A stretch of 64,000 bases of DNA, taken from positions 16,085,810-16,149,809 of the forward strand of contig NC_068982.1 in NCBI RefSeq assembly GCF_001194135.2, given 5' to 3'. The position numbers and the translations under genes were made by a program. Positions within the stretch are counted from its first letter, which is position 1, and the number at the start of each line of letters is the position of its first letter. The DNA comes from Octopus bimaculoides (Eukaryota). The notes beneath the pieces are model-generated. The model made no database searches. It saw nothing but the letters and a program-made list of their open reading frames with translations, and was not told the DNA's origin. This document shows, piece by piece, positions 49,801 through 63,093 of this stretch.

Positions 49801-52071
49801 TATCTGTAAAGGATAAATAATAGAAATGAAAATAATCGTTCCATTAACTGTTGCTTTATCTAAATCTTGATATTTACTTACTAGCCGACGTGTTTGTAGG
49901 TATTTGGGTTAATTAGAAAGAAAACAGACGCGATAAATTTGGGTGACGAATTTGAATGAGCGAACTGTTTTTCTATATATTTTGCTTTTACTCTAAACCA
50001 AACCCAAAAACATAACACTTAAATACTAACAACTTCGCCCGAATTCATTATTGTTTAAGCTATTAAGATGAAAAGATATATTCGTATATATTCCTTTCTG
50101 TTGCTCAACCCTTATAGATGAAAATTAGTTTGTATTGCCTAACTTTGAAAATGTAACTAAATTTAAACTTGTTTTATAGTACGTGGTTTGCTTCGCGGCA
50201 TACGGTAAAAAGTACTCTATAAAATTGTTTTAAAATCACGATTTTATTTAATGGAAGGAGGTTAACTCAGCAGTATCAATAATATATGAGTCGTAAATTT
50301 CATTCGTTCAACCGTAGTTATTAATGAGGAAAATAATAATTAAGTTCACTTATTGCAAGACAAGTTTAATGTATCGAAACGGAGAAATCGAATTGCAAGC
50401 CTATTAATTAGCATCCGACAGAAGCGAAATAAGTTTGTCCATTTACCGTTACCATTCAATCTGATTATTTTAATTTAATTAAATCTGTATTAAATTTTGG
50501 AAGAGTTCCGAGTATTGGATCAAACTTAAACGCCTAACAGTTTTGTAATTGTTGAATTCAGTATAATACTGCAGTAATAGAGCAAGTGCAAAATCAGTGA
50601 ATCGGAATTGAAAGCTTTCAAGTACTTCATCTAAAGATATCTGAAGTATATTGGATCTCAGAAGTGTGCTGTGTATTCGATGAGCTTTAAACACATAGAC
50701 CTTCCTAAAAGTTGAATTGAGTTTCGTAATATAATAACAGTAAAGCGTTTAGTATGAGGATGGTGCTTATTCTTATTATTTTTGCTGCTGGGTTAATCTG
50801 ACACTCATGACGTCATAACTTCTTCAAAAAATCTGCTTTCATTCAACCGGCCTATGAAGTTGTAATGTGACACAAGCAATGAATTCAACATAATGTGTGT
50901 TGAGAAATATATGAGACCTCATCAGAAACTCTGTTTAGTCTGTAATTTGTAACTTGGAAAATGCAACGGCCGGTACAGAAAGTAATCTATTTGCGATTCA
51001 TTTTGAGATCTTCTCTTCCCGTATGCAAACGACACTAGAGGGAAACAAAACTGTAACTTTGAATTCAACCGTAGATCAAGCTCGTACTTCGAAGATAGTC
51101 ACAAAGATTTTTAGACCTATGATTCTGCTCTTCTTGTTAAAAAGTGTGTTGTAGCCTCTGCCAATGTAGCGAAAAATGAAAATTTGAATACTGGCTCAAA
51201 TCAAACCTCTAGCAGAGCTTCAACTTCTGCAATTAGTTACCTCATCAGAGTCAAAGGTTTTACTTTTACGGAAATTCACCTCTATATTTCTTGTTTCAAA
51301 TGCAAAAAAAGAACAATTTTTATAGATCTAAAAGTCCTTGACGGAAGTAGTAAGCGCTTCTATTCTCTCTGCGGCGCTTGCTCGTATACTTGTGTGTTAA
51401 AGCCTATCATTGATTTAGCCATTCATGGAATCACAGGCAGTTCTGAAGAATTCATATCTGAAATATTTGTACCTAAGTAAATTTAAGGTCGCTAATGAAT
51501 GACTATATAAAGTATCAATGGCTTCAGTTAAATTGACTACGCAAATCAAGAAATATTGTAAACTAGGCTTAAAGATATAAAAAGACTGATACTAAAACAT
51601 TATTCTTGGTACTCCTTTTCAAAGTAATTATTTATCTAAGAAGAAGAATTCGGAGGCTAAGAGTAGAATGTGGATGCCACCAATAAGACATGGAGATTTT
51701 GCTGTTTAGCTCGATAAAAGTCAATCTGCGTGGAATTGTATTAAATGCAGCAACTCACGTGAAATGCAACCGTAATAATTCCACAAAAATCACAATTATT
51801 CACCGAGACAGTTTTCACAAAGTAACACAACAGTATTCACAATAATTCACAGAGCCGTTATACCGCGAAGCAGTTCGACCGGCGTGCTAACGTTTTAGCC
51901 AAGCTCGCCGCCGTAAGTAGAAAAAATGTGTTGCGTTGATAAAGTATCGACTGTTTTTGAGACAAACGGTCGATCGATTTGGTTTGAACGCCTCATTTCA
52001 ATTTGGTGAATAATGATGTGTGTTTACAACAAATACTTGTTTGTGAGAATAAGCTGGAAAGCACATATGAC

Positions 52072-52393
52072 TGACATTCCGTCGGTTACGGTGACAAGGG
52101 TTCCAGATGATCTGGTCAACGGAGCAGAATGCACGTGAAATTAACGTGCTAGTGGCTGAGCACTCCAAAGACACGCGTACCCTTAACGTAGCTCTCAAGG
52201 AGATACAGTGTGACACAGAATGCATCGAGACCAGCTGTTTTCATTACAGGTACTACTCATTCTTTGCCAGCTGAGTGGACTGGGTCAACGTGAAATTAAG
52301 TGTCTCATTCAAAGACACAATGCGCCGCCGGGACTCGAGCTCATTGCCTTATGATCGTGAACCGATTACTCGAAACACTGAGACACGCGCCTC
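52072..52393 (-). mobile_element. Family B SINE
   Basis: Tail cacgcgtacccttaacgtagctctc; head ...gacacgcgcctc. Confidence 0.9.
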
Positions 52394-52689
52394 GCACACA
52401 TGACTATTTGTGATCAAGCCAAGCAGGAACATATAAAAATTTATTAAAATTCTCAGTACTTGCTCGAATGTCTAACATGACACTTAATACGATAACTGTG
52501 AGCTCTCAGCTAAATCTGTGTCCCAGATAATCAAATAGCCATAGTAACTTGTATGGTAATCCCTTACATTCAACGCCACTTAAAGAAATCCGCTAATCTT
52601 TATCTTTTGTGACAGATTTATTCGTTTATTACTCCTGCAGAGTTCATCGCTTCTCTTAGGGAAACAGCTTTCAATTTTATCATCTAGAA

Positions 52690-52900
52690 CAAGGTGGTGA
52701 GCTAGCAGAATCGTTATCATGCCGGACAAGATGGTTTGCACTATTTCGTCCGTCTTTACGGTCTGTGTTCAAATTCTACTGAGGTCAACTTTTCCTTTCA
52801 TCCTTTCGGGGTCGATAAAATGAGTACTAGTTGTGTACTGCAATCTATGTAATCGACTTACCCCATCCCCCGAAATTGCTGACCTTGTGCCAAAAATCTG
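52690..52900 (+). mobile_element. Family D SINE
   Basis: aaggtggtgagctagcagaatcgtt...tttcatcctttcggggtcgataaaatgagtac. Confidence 0.9.
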
Positions 52901-52938
52901 AAACTGATATTCTCATCCACAACCATCAGATTTAAGCG

Positions 52939-53016
52939 GCCCTTCGATTGCATAAGCATTTCAAGGGCCCTTCGACTGCATAAGCATTTCAGGAGCCCTT
53001 CGACTGCATAAGCATT
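52939..53016. repeat. 28-bp tandem repeat, three copies
   Basis: gcccttcga(c/t)tgcataagcatt at 52939, 52967 and 52995. Confidence 0.95.
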
Positions 53017-53199
53017 GAATTTAAGGGTTTGCTATTTTAATCGTCTAGTAATAAACATCTGAAGATTGGTAACGAATATTTACGATTTCTGTTTGTATTC
53101 CCGGGCTGCAATATTTTTTCATCGTCTTCTATTTCTTGCGGCTTGACATCGTTATTTCCCGTTCCATAAAGACCTAGGAAATACCTTCATTTATTCCAA

Positions 53200-53650
53200 A
53201 CTGAAACTTTTCTTTGCATGATAGGAGTGTCCCAAGTAGCTGCTCGTTCCCATAGTACTCTAGAGAAATGTACTGAGTGAGTATTATGTTTTTACATCTG
53301 GAAAATCATGATGTGAGCTCTTGAATGCAAAACTTTTAAAATACCACATCGGCGTCTGTTCTTTCTGATGCATTACACTCCATGCAGTCTACGAATTTAA
53401 CATTTCACGAACATTTTCCAGCCTTGCATCGAAAAACTGTTACAGGAATTGAACATGTCAGCCTGGCTTTTCTAGCCTAAAATGGTTCAACTGAGAAAAT
53501 ACACCAGTGATAAGGTGACCTTTTAGTTGAAGAAGTTAAACTAATGAAAACTAACATTAATTTTCTCAGTGTTTGAGAAGGTACTGTAGCTATTAATGCC
53601 TTAGTTCCGTCAGGGGATACTCAGTTAAGCTTGAGGTAATATATAACAAG
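53200..53650 (-). pseudogene. Possible decayed hAT (Buster/Charlie-like) transposase
   Basis: DGTKA...HWC....LA/RK..VF*KFC loosely follows TDG..AM / HC..H.E.LA / LF..LC. Confidence 0.3.
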
Positions 53651-53883
53651 AGCGCTCCTACTGAAAGTATCAATATTTCTGAAAGTCTCCCTGATTTACC
53701 AATGCCGAGTTTTGATAAAGCGCCTACATAACGACCCGATCGACTGCTACAGACCAATGAACCACCTACAGATTTTGTATTGCTTCATTCTAACAGACTT
53801 ATTGAATGATTTGGCTGCTCTTGTTTATTTCGTTGAAAATATCGCTGAAATATCGAGATATTGTTCTGATAATAGTTTAATAT

Positions 53884-54137
53884 GGTAGTCTTCAAGTTTA
53901 GGGGGATAAAAAAAATAAATAAAAATATTCAAGGGAAATAACTGAACGACTTACCAGTATTATCCGTTTTCTTCTAGCTGTTTATAAATAAATCACACCC
54001 TAACCCTAACGTCAATCAAATCACGTGTGTGATTTATTTATAAACAGAGATGTACGGATAATACTGGTAAGTCGTTCAGTTACTTCCCTTGAATATTTTT
54101 ATTTATTTTTTTTATCCCCCAAAACTTGAAGATTACC
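53884..54137. mobile_element. Fold-back MITE with 9-bp TSD and CCCTAA core
   Basis: ~115-bp arms (53884-53998 / 54027-54137) starting ggtagtcttc / ending gaagattacc; TSD gtttaatat. Confidence 0.93.
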
Positions 54138-54199
54138 GTTTAATATTTAATGTAGTGGTTGGTTATGTGAATATTTCATGTAAATAGCGCTGTATTATA

Positions 54200-54375
54200 A
54201 TATTTATTTCTTTATTGCGCAAGGGATGGGGGGGGGACATAGAGGGGACAAACAAAGACAGACAAAGGGATTAAGTCGATTACATCGACCCCAGTGCATA
54301 ACTGGTACTTATTTAATCCACCCCGAAAGGATGAAAGGCAAAGTCGACCTCTAACGATTCTGCCAGCTCGCAGCC
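54200..54375 (-). mobile_element. Family D SINE with internal deletion
   Basis: gtcgacctc joined directly to taacgattctgccagctcgc. Confidence 0.88.
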
Positions 54376-54429
54376 CTTGTTTCTGCTCTTTACTGCTGTT
54401 GCAATTGTAGGAAAGTGGTTATACACTAT

Positions 54430-54710
54430 TAGGTGTATACCCGCTTCCGTACATTAAATTCTGAAGAAAAAACGAAACGCAGATTCCGATCCATCAACAC
54501 AACAATATTTATTTACAGAGTTAACAGGCAGCACTTCGACCCCTGGCTGCCGAGACGCCGTCAGTAATGTTGGTTGGTTATTTGTGAAGCTCTGGTGCTG
54601 ACATGTGAGAAACCTCTGTTGGACGTCTGACCTCTTCGTCGGCCGGCGAGAAAAGAGAATGAATAAGGGCGCCAAACGTGGATGTCCAATCACCACGCAT
54701 GCGCACGAGA
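54430..54710. promoter_or_regulatory. CpG-rich promoter-like island (NRF1-like site, CCAAT, TCT-like initiator on minus)
   Basis: cacgcatgcgca 54694-54705; ccaatc 54686-54691; minus-strand ctCttttc with C at 54655; cttccg ~54444. No match to the window's repeat families. Confidence 0.5.
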
Positions 54711-55862
54711 CAAGGCGTTACTACACAATAAATATGTTTGAAAACTACAATCTTTGTAATCTGTTAGTAGGAGGTGTCAATAGTAATGTTAGTAAATATA
54801 AATTGACTTTATCTTGGGTTATTCATACTTTAATATATAAATACAAGATTAAACAAATCTATTTCATAAATTTAGTACAGTACTTACGCTGTCAAAATAA
54901 CATGAAAAGCAATTACTTCCGAGCAAAGATTACGTTACATTATCTACAAAGAAAAACGTACAACGAGACAATCCATTTGTTTGCACGTTCCCTAATTCAA
55001 ACTTAACAATCGTATGTTATTCTACCAAATCAAATAAATTACTTCTTTTCTGGTTTCGAAATATTGTTGATAGAGAATTATTGTGCGCAATCTTCTGGAA
55101 ACTAAACTGAAGAACTCAATCAAGCTGGTTGTTCGCTTCCTAACTTGGAATTAGGTGAATGTGCAATAAGTTACATCAAAATCAAACAAACCGCAAGCAA
55201 TTAGCATACAGCTACGTTAGCTAAGATGACTCGAGATTGTGTTTCATCTGTTTTTACAATCTGCGCTAACGAGATTCGGTTAGTCAAACATATCTTTCTT
55301 TCGCACTTCGTTCAATCAGACTTTCCTACCAAATAGACATCAATTATGGTTGAATTCATTTGAACATTAAGTTAAAAGGTCGAAAATATATCGCTTTCTC
55401 CCAATATCAAACGGTGTTTTAATTTTCCTGGAAAGCTTTCATTAAAATCGACTGATACATTCAAAGGTTAACCGACTGTTTTCGTATTTCGTGAGTGAAA
55501 AGATATTAAATAAAACACTTTGTTTACAGCAATTTTCTTGTTTGTTACTACCTTTCAGCTCCATTTCAGTTTGTGGTTCACAAGCATAACAAATAACTTT
55601 ACATTGTAAATACAAATCATTAGTATACTAGTTTAGTACTTGACAATAAGCATAAACTTCAAGTTATGTTCAGTAGATTTTACAGCCAGAAATTGCTAGT
55701 ATGGCATAGCTTGCCATTCTTTCTAAAAACCAAAGCAAAAGACCTTTATTCCTATATAAAAGAAACCAATGTTTTATTTTACGCCAAGATGATAAATATT
55801 CATTGATTATCAGCATCATTTACTCTGGAAAAAAAAAGAGGTTTGATATTCTTGCTTTTCAG

Positions 55863-55956
55863 CTGTCAGCCTTGGAAGTGAAGTGAACCAACAACAACCA
55901 GAAATCAAAACTGCAATGTTTGTTCGACTCACCAGGAGACTAATTTTTACTTTACA
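55863..55956 (+). other. Candidate exon containing an ATG (MFVRLTRRLIFTL...)
   Basis: Acceptor ttcttgcttttcAG; donor ca|GTGAGT; ATG at 55916. Unverified. Confidence 0.3.
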
Positions 55957-57052
55957 GTGAGTGACATCATAGTGCTGCAACGTTAAATCAGCCTTAGTAA
56001 GACTGAAATCCACAATTATTATTTTCTCACAGCTCATCAATTATGTTGTCTGCGTATTTATAAATACGTAAATAACATTTGTTATCTTGATTTATACCTG
56101 GGAAATAACAAATGATGTGAAAATATCCTACCGTTCTCTTAAGTACACAGAAAATAACTGAGAATTCTCTTGTAGATCAGTTGATAACTTCTACAATGTT
56201 TGCTAACTCGCTGAACGCACCAATCAAATCACACTCCCCCAAAAACTCTTTACTACCAGTAGAATGAGTAACACATGTTCTATGGGGTGAAATGTCCACA
56301 ATGAAGACTAGAAATACGCACCAAATGCTTTGTCTGATCAGCAACCTAAGTCCCCTCCCCGCAAAATAAATCTATCCAACACTTAGTCAACGGTAACTAA
56401 TTAGTCATTTGGCTCTCGGATATACGTAAACAATATGAAGGCCTGCATGCTGATTGGATTTGTCACTCGTCAATTATTTTCCTACTCAGCTATAGAAGAT
56501 ACACTGCTAGAAATTTGCTGCAAGACCTAAGGAAATTCTGAAAACAGATCATTATATAATGAGAAGTCGGGAAAGAATTTGCGTTATGAGATGTAAGTGA
56601 ATCATCTTCCAAACAAACTCACTTATAGAAAGCAAGAAAAATTTCTTCGACTGTGAGTATAAGTTTGTTTTAATTTTTTTTCCTGTCCATTAGAGTTATT
56701 TTTGTATTAGTAATAGGATTAGAATTTTTTAATAATGAGAATAACTACGTTTTCTTTTTTTAACAGAAAATTTACTCTAGCATCATAAATCTAACCTCAT
56801 TTGATATCTTTCAAGAGTTAAACTCAAATGTTGATAATAGCAAGATATTTAATGAGAGCAAATAAAAATTAATGGGATGATCATAGTGATATAACGATCA
56901 AAATTTGATTTGTAAAGTCAAAGTTGTTAAATTGATTTAGTATCTCACCACCCACTAACTCAGTCGTATGAATACTAAAACAATCCGACTTGGCTTCAAT
57001 TACTGAATTGAGATATGATTTCAAGTCTATAGAGCTGTCTAAGCGTGTAGAT

Positions 57053-57378
57053 CAGGGGCTCTAAACCATTTATTATCTATGGACCACTTTAATTATTATT
57101 TTATTCTGGTGCCACCTGCCAAGCCATTTGATGTATAAAAACTAGTTTTATAGACCTTTCTCTCAGAATTCTATATTTTTTCCTTACGCATTCACTGGTA
57201 TAGATTGAACTATGTAAAATGTTACAGAAAGAAACCTATCTATTTCTTGTAATACATACCAATGCACACATTTAAATCAAAGATTTTTCAGGGCCCTTAA
57301 AATACTGTCGTGGATTCCCAATTTATTATTTTGCGAACAGCCCTCAGATGCCATACAGACCGTGGTTGGGAACCACTG
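57053..57378. mobile_element. hAT-type MITE
   Basis: caggggctctaaacc / ggttgggaaccactg; degenerate TSD gtgtagat/atgtaggt. Confidence 0.7.
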
Positions 57379-57819
57379 ATGTAGGTGATCAAATCACTAC
57401 AATTCCGAACAACCGATAGATCGATTGGTGATGGTTCGCATCATGTCACCGTCGTCCTCGGCCTCTGTCCGTCTCAAGAGACAAAAGAAACGTCTCTTTT
57501 TTTAATCCTGCCTCTTCTAGTTTCCCCCTCACTCCACTTCCTTTCTTCCTCACTTCAGATTACTGTGTTAGTTTCATTCAGAGTTCTAATACTTATTGCA
57601 ATTACCACAGATAAAGACCGAGTAGTCGAGTAGAGATGATGCCATCTGCCTTTGAGATTTTAGTACCAAAGCTGACTGCAATGGTTTTCAGCTTTTTGTT
57701 TTATCCTTGCCTTCACAATACGTCTCCAAAATAAACGGTTTGGTGTTATGTCTTCCTCTGACTGTATTTCAATATGAGCTTAACAGAATCCTTTTTGCAC
57801 GCACCTCTACGTCTCAGGT

Positions 57820-58096
57820 CAGTAGCGTAACTAGCGGTGGTACTGGTCAAGGGTTGGTTCCAGAGGACGGTGCCAGGGGACAGTATCAGGGGTCGGTGCC
57901 AGGGGTCGGTATCAGGGGTCGGTGCCAGGGAACGGTACCAAGGGGTGGTGCCAGGATGTGGTCCGTCCCAACTAACCCTTCTATGCAGACAGCGCGTTTA
58001 AGTCTGCTATATAAGCCCCTATGGAGATGGGGGTCCGGTGTGGGTCACCAAACTTAAGAGCTTTCCCGGACAGCACACGCTATAGCCACGCCCCAT
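57820..58096. mobile_element. hAT-type MITE related to 3254-3412, with internal GC-rich tandem (ggtgccagggg / ggtatcagggg)
   Basis: Starts cagtagcgtaactag; ends ctatagccacgcccc. Confidence 0.6.
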
Positions 58097-58538
58097 TTCA
58101 GTATCTTTTCAAGATATCTCTATAATGAAGTTAAATAGATTCATTAGATGTTCGGTATACTACAAATATAATTCTTGTAAAAATATGATCCCATCCAACT
58201 TTAGTTACAAGTGTGTGTGTGGTGTGTGTGTGTGCATGTGTCTGGGGCTCCGTGTATATGTGTGCGTGCTTGTATATAGAATGTGCACTTGTCGTTCTCT
58301 TTCATACATTCTTTTTCTCGTCTCCTCTTTCTTTTTTTCATTTTGCCTCTATTAGATACGCCCCCAGACCTGTAATCAGTTTCTTTATGTGTGTGTGTGT
58401 GTGTGTGTGTGCGTGCGTGTCTCTCTGTGTATGTATGAATGTTTTTCTGCGTGCGTCTCAATGTGTAAGTATGTAGATGTCTGTGTGTCCGAATGTGTGT
58501 GACACACACGTTTTATGTAAGCACATAATATGCTTAGC

Positions 58539-58845
58539 GAAGGCGCGTGGCTTAGTGGTTAGGGTATTCTGCTCGTGATCGTAAGGTTATGAGTTCGAAA
58601 ACCGGTAGTGCGTTGTGTCCTTGAGCAAGACACTTTATTTCACATTGTTCCAGTCCAATCAGCTGGCAAAAGCGAGCAATACCTGTAATTCAAAGAGCCA
58701 GCTTTGTCACATTCTGCATCACACTGAATCTCCCTAAGAACTTCATTGAGGGTACATGTGTGTCTGTGGAGTGCTCAGCCACTTGCACGTTATCTTAATT
58801 TCCCGAGCAGACTGTTCCGTTGATCGGAGCAACTAGAACCCTCGT
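58539..58845 (+). mobile_element. Family B SINE
   Basis: gaaggcgcgtggcttagtggttagg...gagttcgaaacc...gtgtccttgagcaagacac...gtctgtggagtgctcagcc. Confidence 0.93.
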
Positions 58846-59760
58846 GCCAGAATGCCTAAGAATCTGCGAAGGTACATCTACATCTTATCAATTCAAGAAA
58901 GAAATAGTAGCTGAGTTGCCCTCAAACCTCAACCTTCTCTTTTAACGACATGAACACACAGCGTAACCATATAGTCTCAAATTAAACCTTAATCCCTTAT
59001 CTTCAATTAAATAAGTGATCTTCCTTGGACATTTACAAGATGGTAGATAGCCATGTTAGAATTAGCAACCAAATTTCTCTCGGAGGAGGAAGAAAAATAT
59101 TCTGATTTAGGCAGGGCTTTTCATCGAGCTCATTTCTGTTACTATTTTGTGATTCTGTTTATATTGTATTTCTAATAAAAGTTTTGTTATAAAACGCACG
59201 GTAGTGTTACTCTAACCGTATGAACTTTTAACCAAGCAATTTCAAGACAGAAAACTTGTGGGTTCCAACCCGAAACATACTCTTCACTGTGGCTGCAACG
59301 ATACATTCGCACAGAAAAATTTATTGTATTTATAAGGCAATTAAAATAACACAAAAATATGGTTACGCAACATATAGCCAAGCGTATTTCAATGGAATGT
59401 CGCTACAAACATGAGTAGTTTTATAAAATGTTGTTGCTATTAAAACTTTTAAGCATCTTTTTCTGATATTTCTTATAATGAAACAAAATAGGTTCTTCTT
59501 TAGATGCTCGATATATTGCACATATTTCACTACTGTCGAAAACATATGACCACATTCAACTGGTTACAAATATGCGTATGCATTTAAACGCGTGTGTGTG
59601 TGTGTGTGTGTGTGTGTGGTGAGTATCTCTCGGTCTCCTTCTCTCTCTCATCCTTTCTCACTTTGTCTTTCTCGATTTGTCTCTATCACTCACATCCCAG
59701 GCGCACATTGTTTCTTTATATTTGTGAGAATGAGTGTGTTTATGTAAGTATGGGTGTAAG

Positions 59761-59810
<50 letters not shown>

Positions 59811-60158
59811 TGTGTGTGTGTGTGTGTGAGTATTTGTGTGCATGTCAGTGTGTGCGTGTGTGTATGTGTGTATGTAACAGTTATATACACACAAATGTGT
59901 CTACATACAATAGCTAAGGACCTGTGAGGAAACATCTACATTTTACCAAGACATGATTGGAATAGTAGCTCAATCTCCTTCAGATCTCAACCTAGTTGCG
60001 TGGCTGAACGAGAAGAAGAGAGTGGGTGATTCTACCGCAAGTAGTGCTGTCGCAAAGTCGAACTTTGGGTTATATTAGCTTTTACGATCGGGGAGTGGGG
60101 TCGGAAAATTCAAGCGCTACCTCGGGCGTTACGCACACTAGTTACATCACTGTCTCAG

Positions 60159-60215
<57 letters not shown>

Positions 60216-60877
60216 CAAATTTGAGCTAGCCTTGGAATTGTGATTTCCGTCCATACGGTGCACATAAACAGGCCATTGTAGGCAACACTCACTTAGCACA
60301 GCTGATACGGTCTTGGTTTCTGTCTTACCAAGGACCTCAAAGTTGATGAGCAGTCACCAACGATGTATTATATCCCATATTAGGACGCTTAACTCTCAAA
60401 TAATCCAGTCTACATTGCTGTGAATATATACGGTACAAAAAAACGTGTCATGCAGTAAGATATCGGATATCAATAATATAAATTACACGAGTATTTTTGC
60501 TTTTTAATTTTACCTCAACTCCTCATATTGGAATAGCTTAGAAAGAATTGGACTCTGCCAAGCTAGCTAGCCCCAGCAAAATCTTTTGTGGTATTTCTTC
60601 GACATATTAACAAGTTTGCCCATTAGGAAATACATTTTGTATATAGTGGTGATTGATAAATGATCAAACGTAGAAATTGTGGACAGTTTATTTAATACTG
60701 TAAGTCAGCCAAGGACGATTAGATTTCAGAAACACCAACTTTTGTGACAGCCTATATATTAAATGGCCGCTATTTTTATATAGCTGAAATACAGCTCAGT
60801 TCATCCAGTGATTTTGAGCCTATTGGGCAGCAATACGACTGTTAAAAGTAGCAAAATGAGTTTGTGGTTAGTTAAAC

Positions 60878-61005
60878 AGCGGGCGGCCACAAACTGAACT
60901 TTGGTGCTTGTTATATTGAATATTGTGGAGGCTTCAAGAATGATGCATTACGTGACGTCTGGCTGCTGATTGGTCCATGATGTCTGGCAGCTGATTGGCT
61001 CATAA
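60878..61005. promoter_or_regulatory. Promoter/enhancer-like motif cluster
   Basis: gggcgg 60881; tgacgt 60953; ctgattgg at 60966 and 60991. Confidence 0.35.
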
Positions 61006-61639
61006 CTCGGCCGATCACACGAAAAGACTGTTACTAAACCTTGATTTTAACATGGCAATTTGTCGATTCAGTTTCGAATCTTGCTACAATGGTTTTGTGC
61101 TATCAGCTAATATTGTTTGCTCTTAAATTCAAATCCTAAGCGCATATTCCATTGTGAATTTTTTCCATAAGCTTAATTCTACATGCTTAGGTTTATCTTG
61201 AGTTAAATTAAGGACCACAGCAATCGCTGCTCTATTACAAGTTTTCATAAACAGAAACATTTGAATCCGGCACTGAATTCCAGTAAACTACTTCTCAACA
61301 CCACACTGTTGATTTTGCTCATAGTGATGGATTAGATCCCTTCACTACTGATGCATGACAACTAACACTCCTTTTTTCTTTTTTCTGATTCTGGATCGCA
61401 TCCCAGAACACATTTCCAAGGAGTAGTGTACACTTTTCATAACAAATTTTCCTTAACTCATTACCTCCCATAATTCTATTAATTGGAATTTGTTTTATGA
61501 AACTTTGATTTCTAGCATAAAACAGCCTTAGAAACACACTGGAATGATCAAAATAACATTTCAAAATAACATTTTAAATGGAAATAAGCGAGATATTGGG
61601 GGAAAAATTAGCAAACCTCATTTGAATATCAGAGAAATA

Positions 61640-62480
61640 TACCTAGTAGATATAGCAAAAAGGTTAGATATGTGTAAATATTGACAGGTAATTACGAAAT
61701 TTGTAATTTTTAAGTGATCTCATATGAGATCACTGGTAGGTAATGGGTTAATCTTTTCTGTCGTCTGAAATTGGCTATATTTGAGAGCAGATTTCATCTT
61801 TGGGAACAGAAAAATTATAATGTCCGTTGAGACCAAATCTAGAATGCAAGGCAGCGGTAGATGACTGTTATTTCGTACACAGCTAAAATGTCATAAACAA
61901 GGAGTGATGTGGGAACAGTTGAAAGATCGTAGCATCCTGGTTTTGTTTGACCATATTTCAAGCCTCTCTCAGATGACTCAATAAAGCTGCGTAAAAACGT
62001 TTTGTTGAGACGTCTTTACCCTGTGGAACCAACTCGTGGCGAATAATACTTTTCAAACAAAAATTACAGTCAAATATCGACTGCTTTCACACTTTCCAGA
62101 AAATTTTCATCAGCATTTGAATAATTAAAAGGCTTTTGACTGACGTGATACTTTATTTTATTGACAAATTTTTCAGCGAGACGATGCATTTTCATTTTTC
62201 ATTTTTAAACTCCTATGACACAAACTTTTACAAACGTTGGATTTTGGTCGTCAGGTAGCAATGTTTTACGGATTACAGTACACACTTGATGACAGGCCGT
62301 CATCTGTCATTGTAGAAGATCGTCCAGATTTGGAAAAGTTTCCAGGAGATATTTTGCTCCATTTGGAACGCTTGCTATTCATGGCATTGTGCACCGCCCA
62401 AACAATCCTTTATATAAGCCTGCTGCAATGTATAGTAAACTTTCGAACAATTTCATAACTTATAACAGACTTTCACGCAA
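61640..62480 (-). pseudogene. Mariner transposase remnant
   Basis: Frameshifted SGRSSTMTDD; KSIIRHELVPQGK..FY..LL..LREA; FLFPKMKSALK. Confidence 0.8.
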
Positions 62481-63093
62481 ATATTTTGCTCTTCAAAATC
62501 CCTCGTTGTTCATCTTGCAATAAACCATCAAGTGCACAAACATTCATTCTGTAGCAAATAGATAAACGATATATTGACATTACATGGTGTAATTATTTCA
62601 ACGAATTACGAGATGGCCTTCATATAACACAGCAGTCTCGAACAGGCTGCACCAGTTAGCTGGCGAGCTATTTCAAAATTTTAATTTCTATTCCGGTAGA
62701 TTTACTTACATTTCGTTTATTACCTACAGAATTTTTCTACAACGATGGAACTCTCAGCAGAGTCCTGTTAATGGAATATGAATAATTCACAATTCCTCTA
62801 GGAGTTTAACATTGTACTAACTTTATCTACATTTCCCAAAAACCGATGTTTTGGAATAGTTGAGAGAAAAAAATAAGACGAGGTCAAGGTGTAGCTTTCT
62901 TATCAAACTTCAGGAAGTGTTCATTCAAAAGACAAGACACACCAACTCTATATGTTTTAGTTATTGAACCTTATTTGGAAAATACGTTGATGGCTTTCAA
63001 GTGATTATCAAACATAGCTTCGCAAATTTCAAGTCTAAATCCACCTCCAAATGTATGTATGTATATATGTATGTATGTATATATGTAAGTATG

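Noticed and set aside
51241-51327. Minus-strand 87-nt phase-0 exon (IYKNCSFFAFETRNIEVNFRKSKTFDSDE, GAG|GTAACT)
   Set aside because: Weak pyrimidine tract and no recognisable homology; expected by chance.
52939-53016. Three 28-bp direct repeats as a CRISPR array
   Set aside because: No unique spacers; eukaryotic context; simple tandem repeat.
57559-57640. Strong plus-strand acceptor as the next coding exon
   Set aside because: Stops in all phases compatible with the upstream candidate exons, and no convincing donor.
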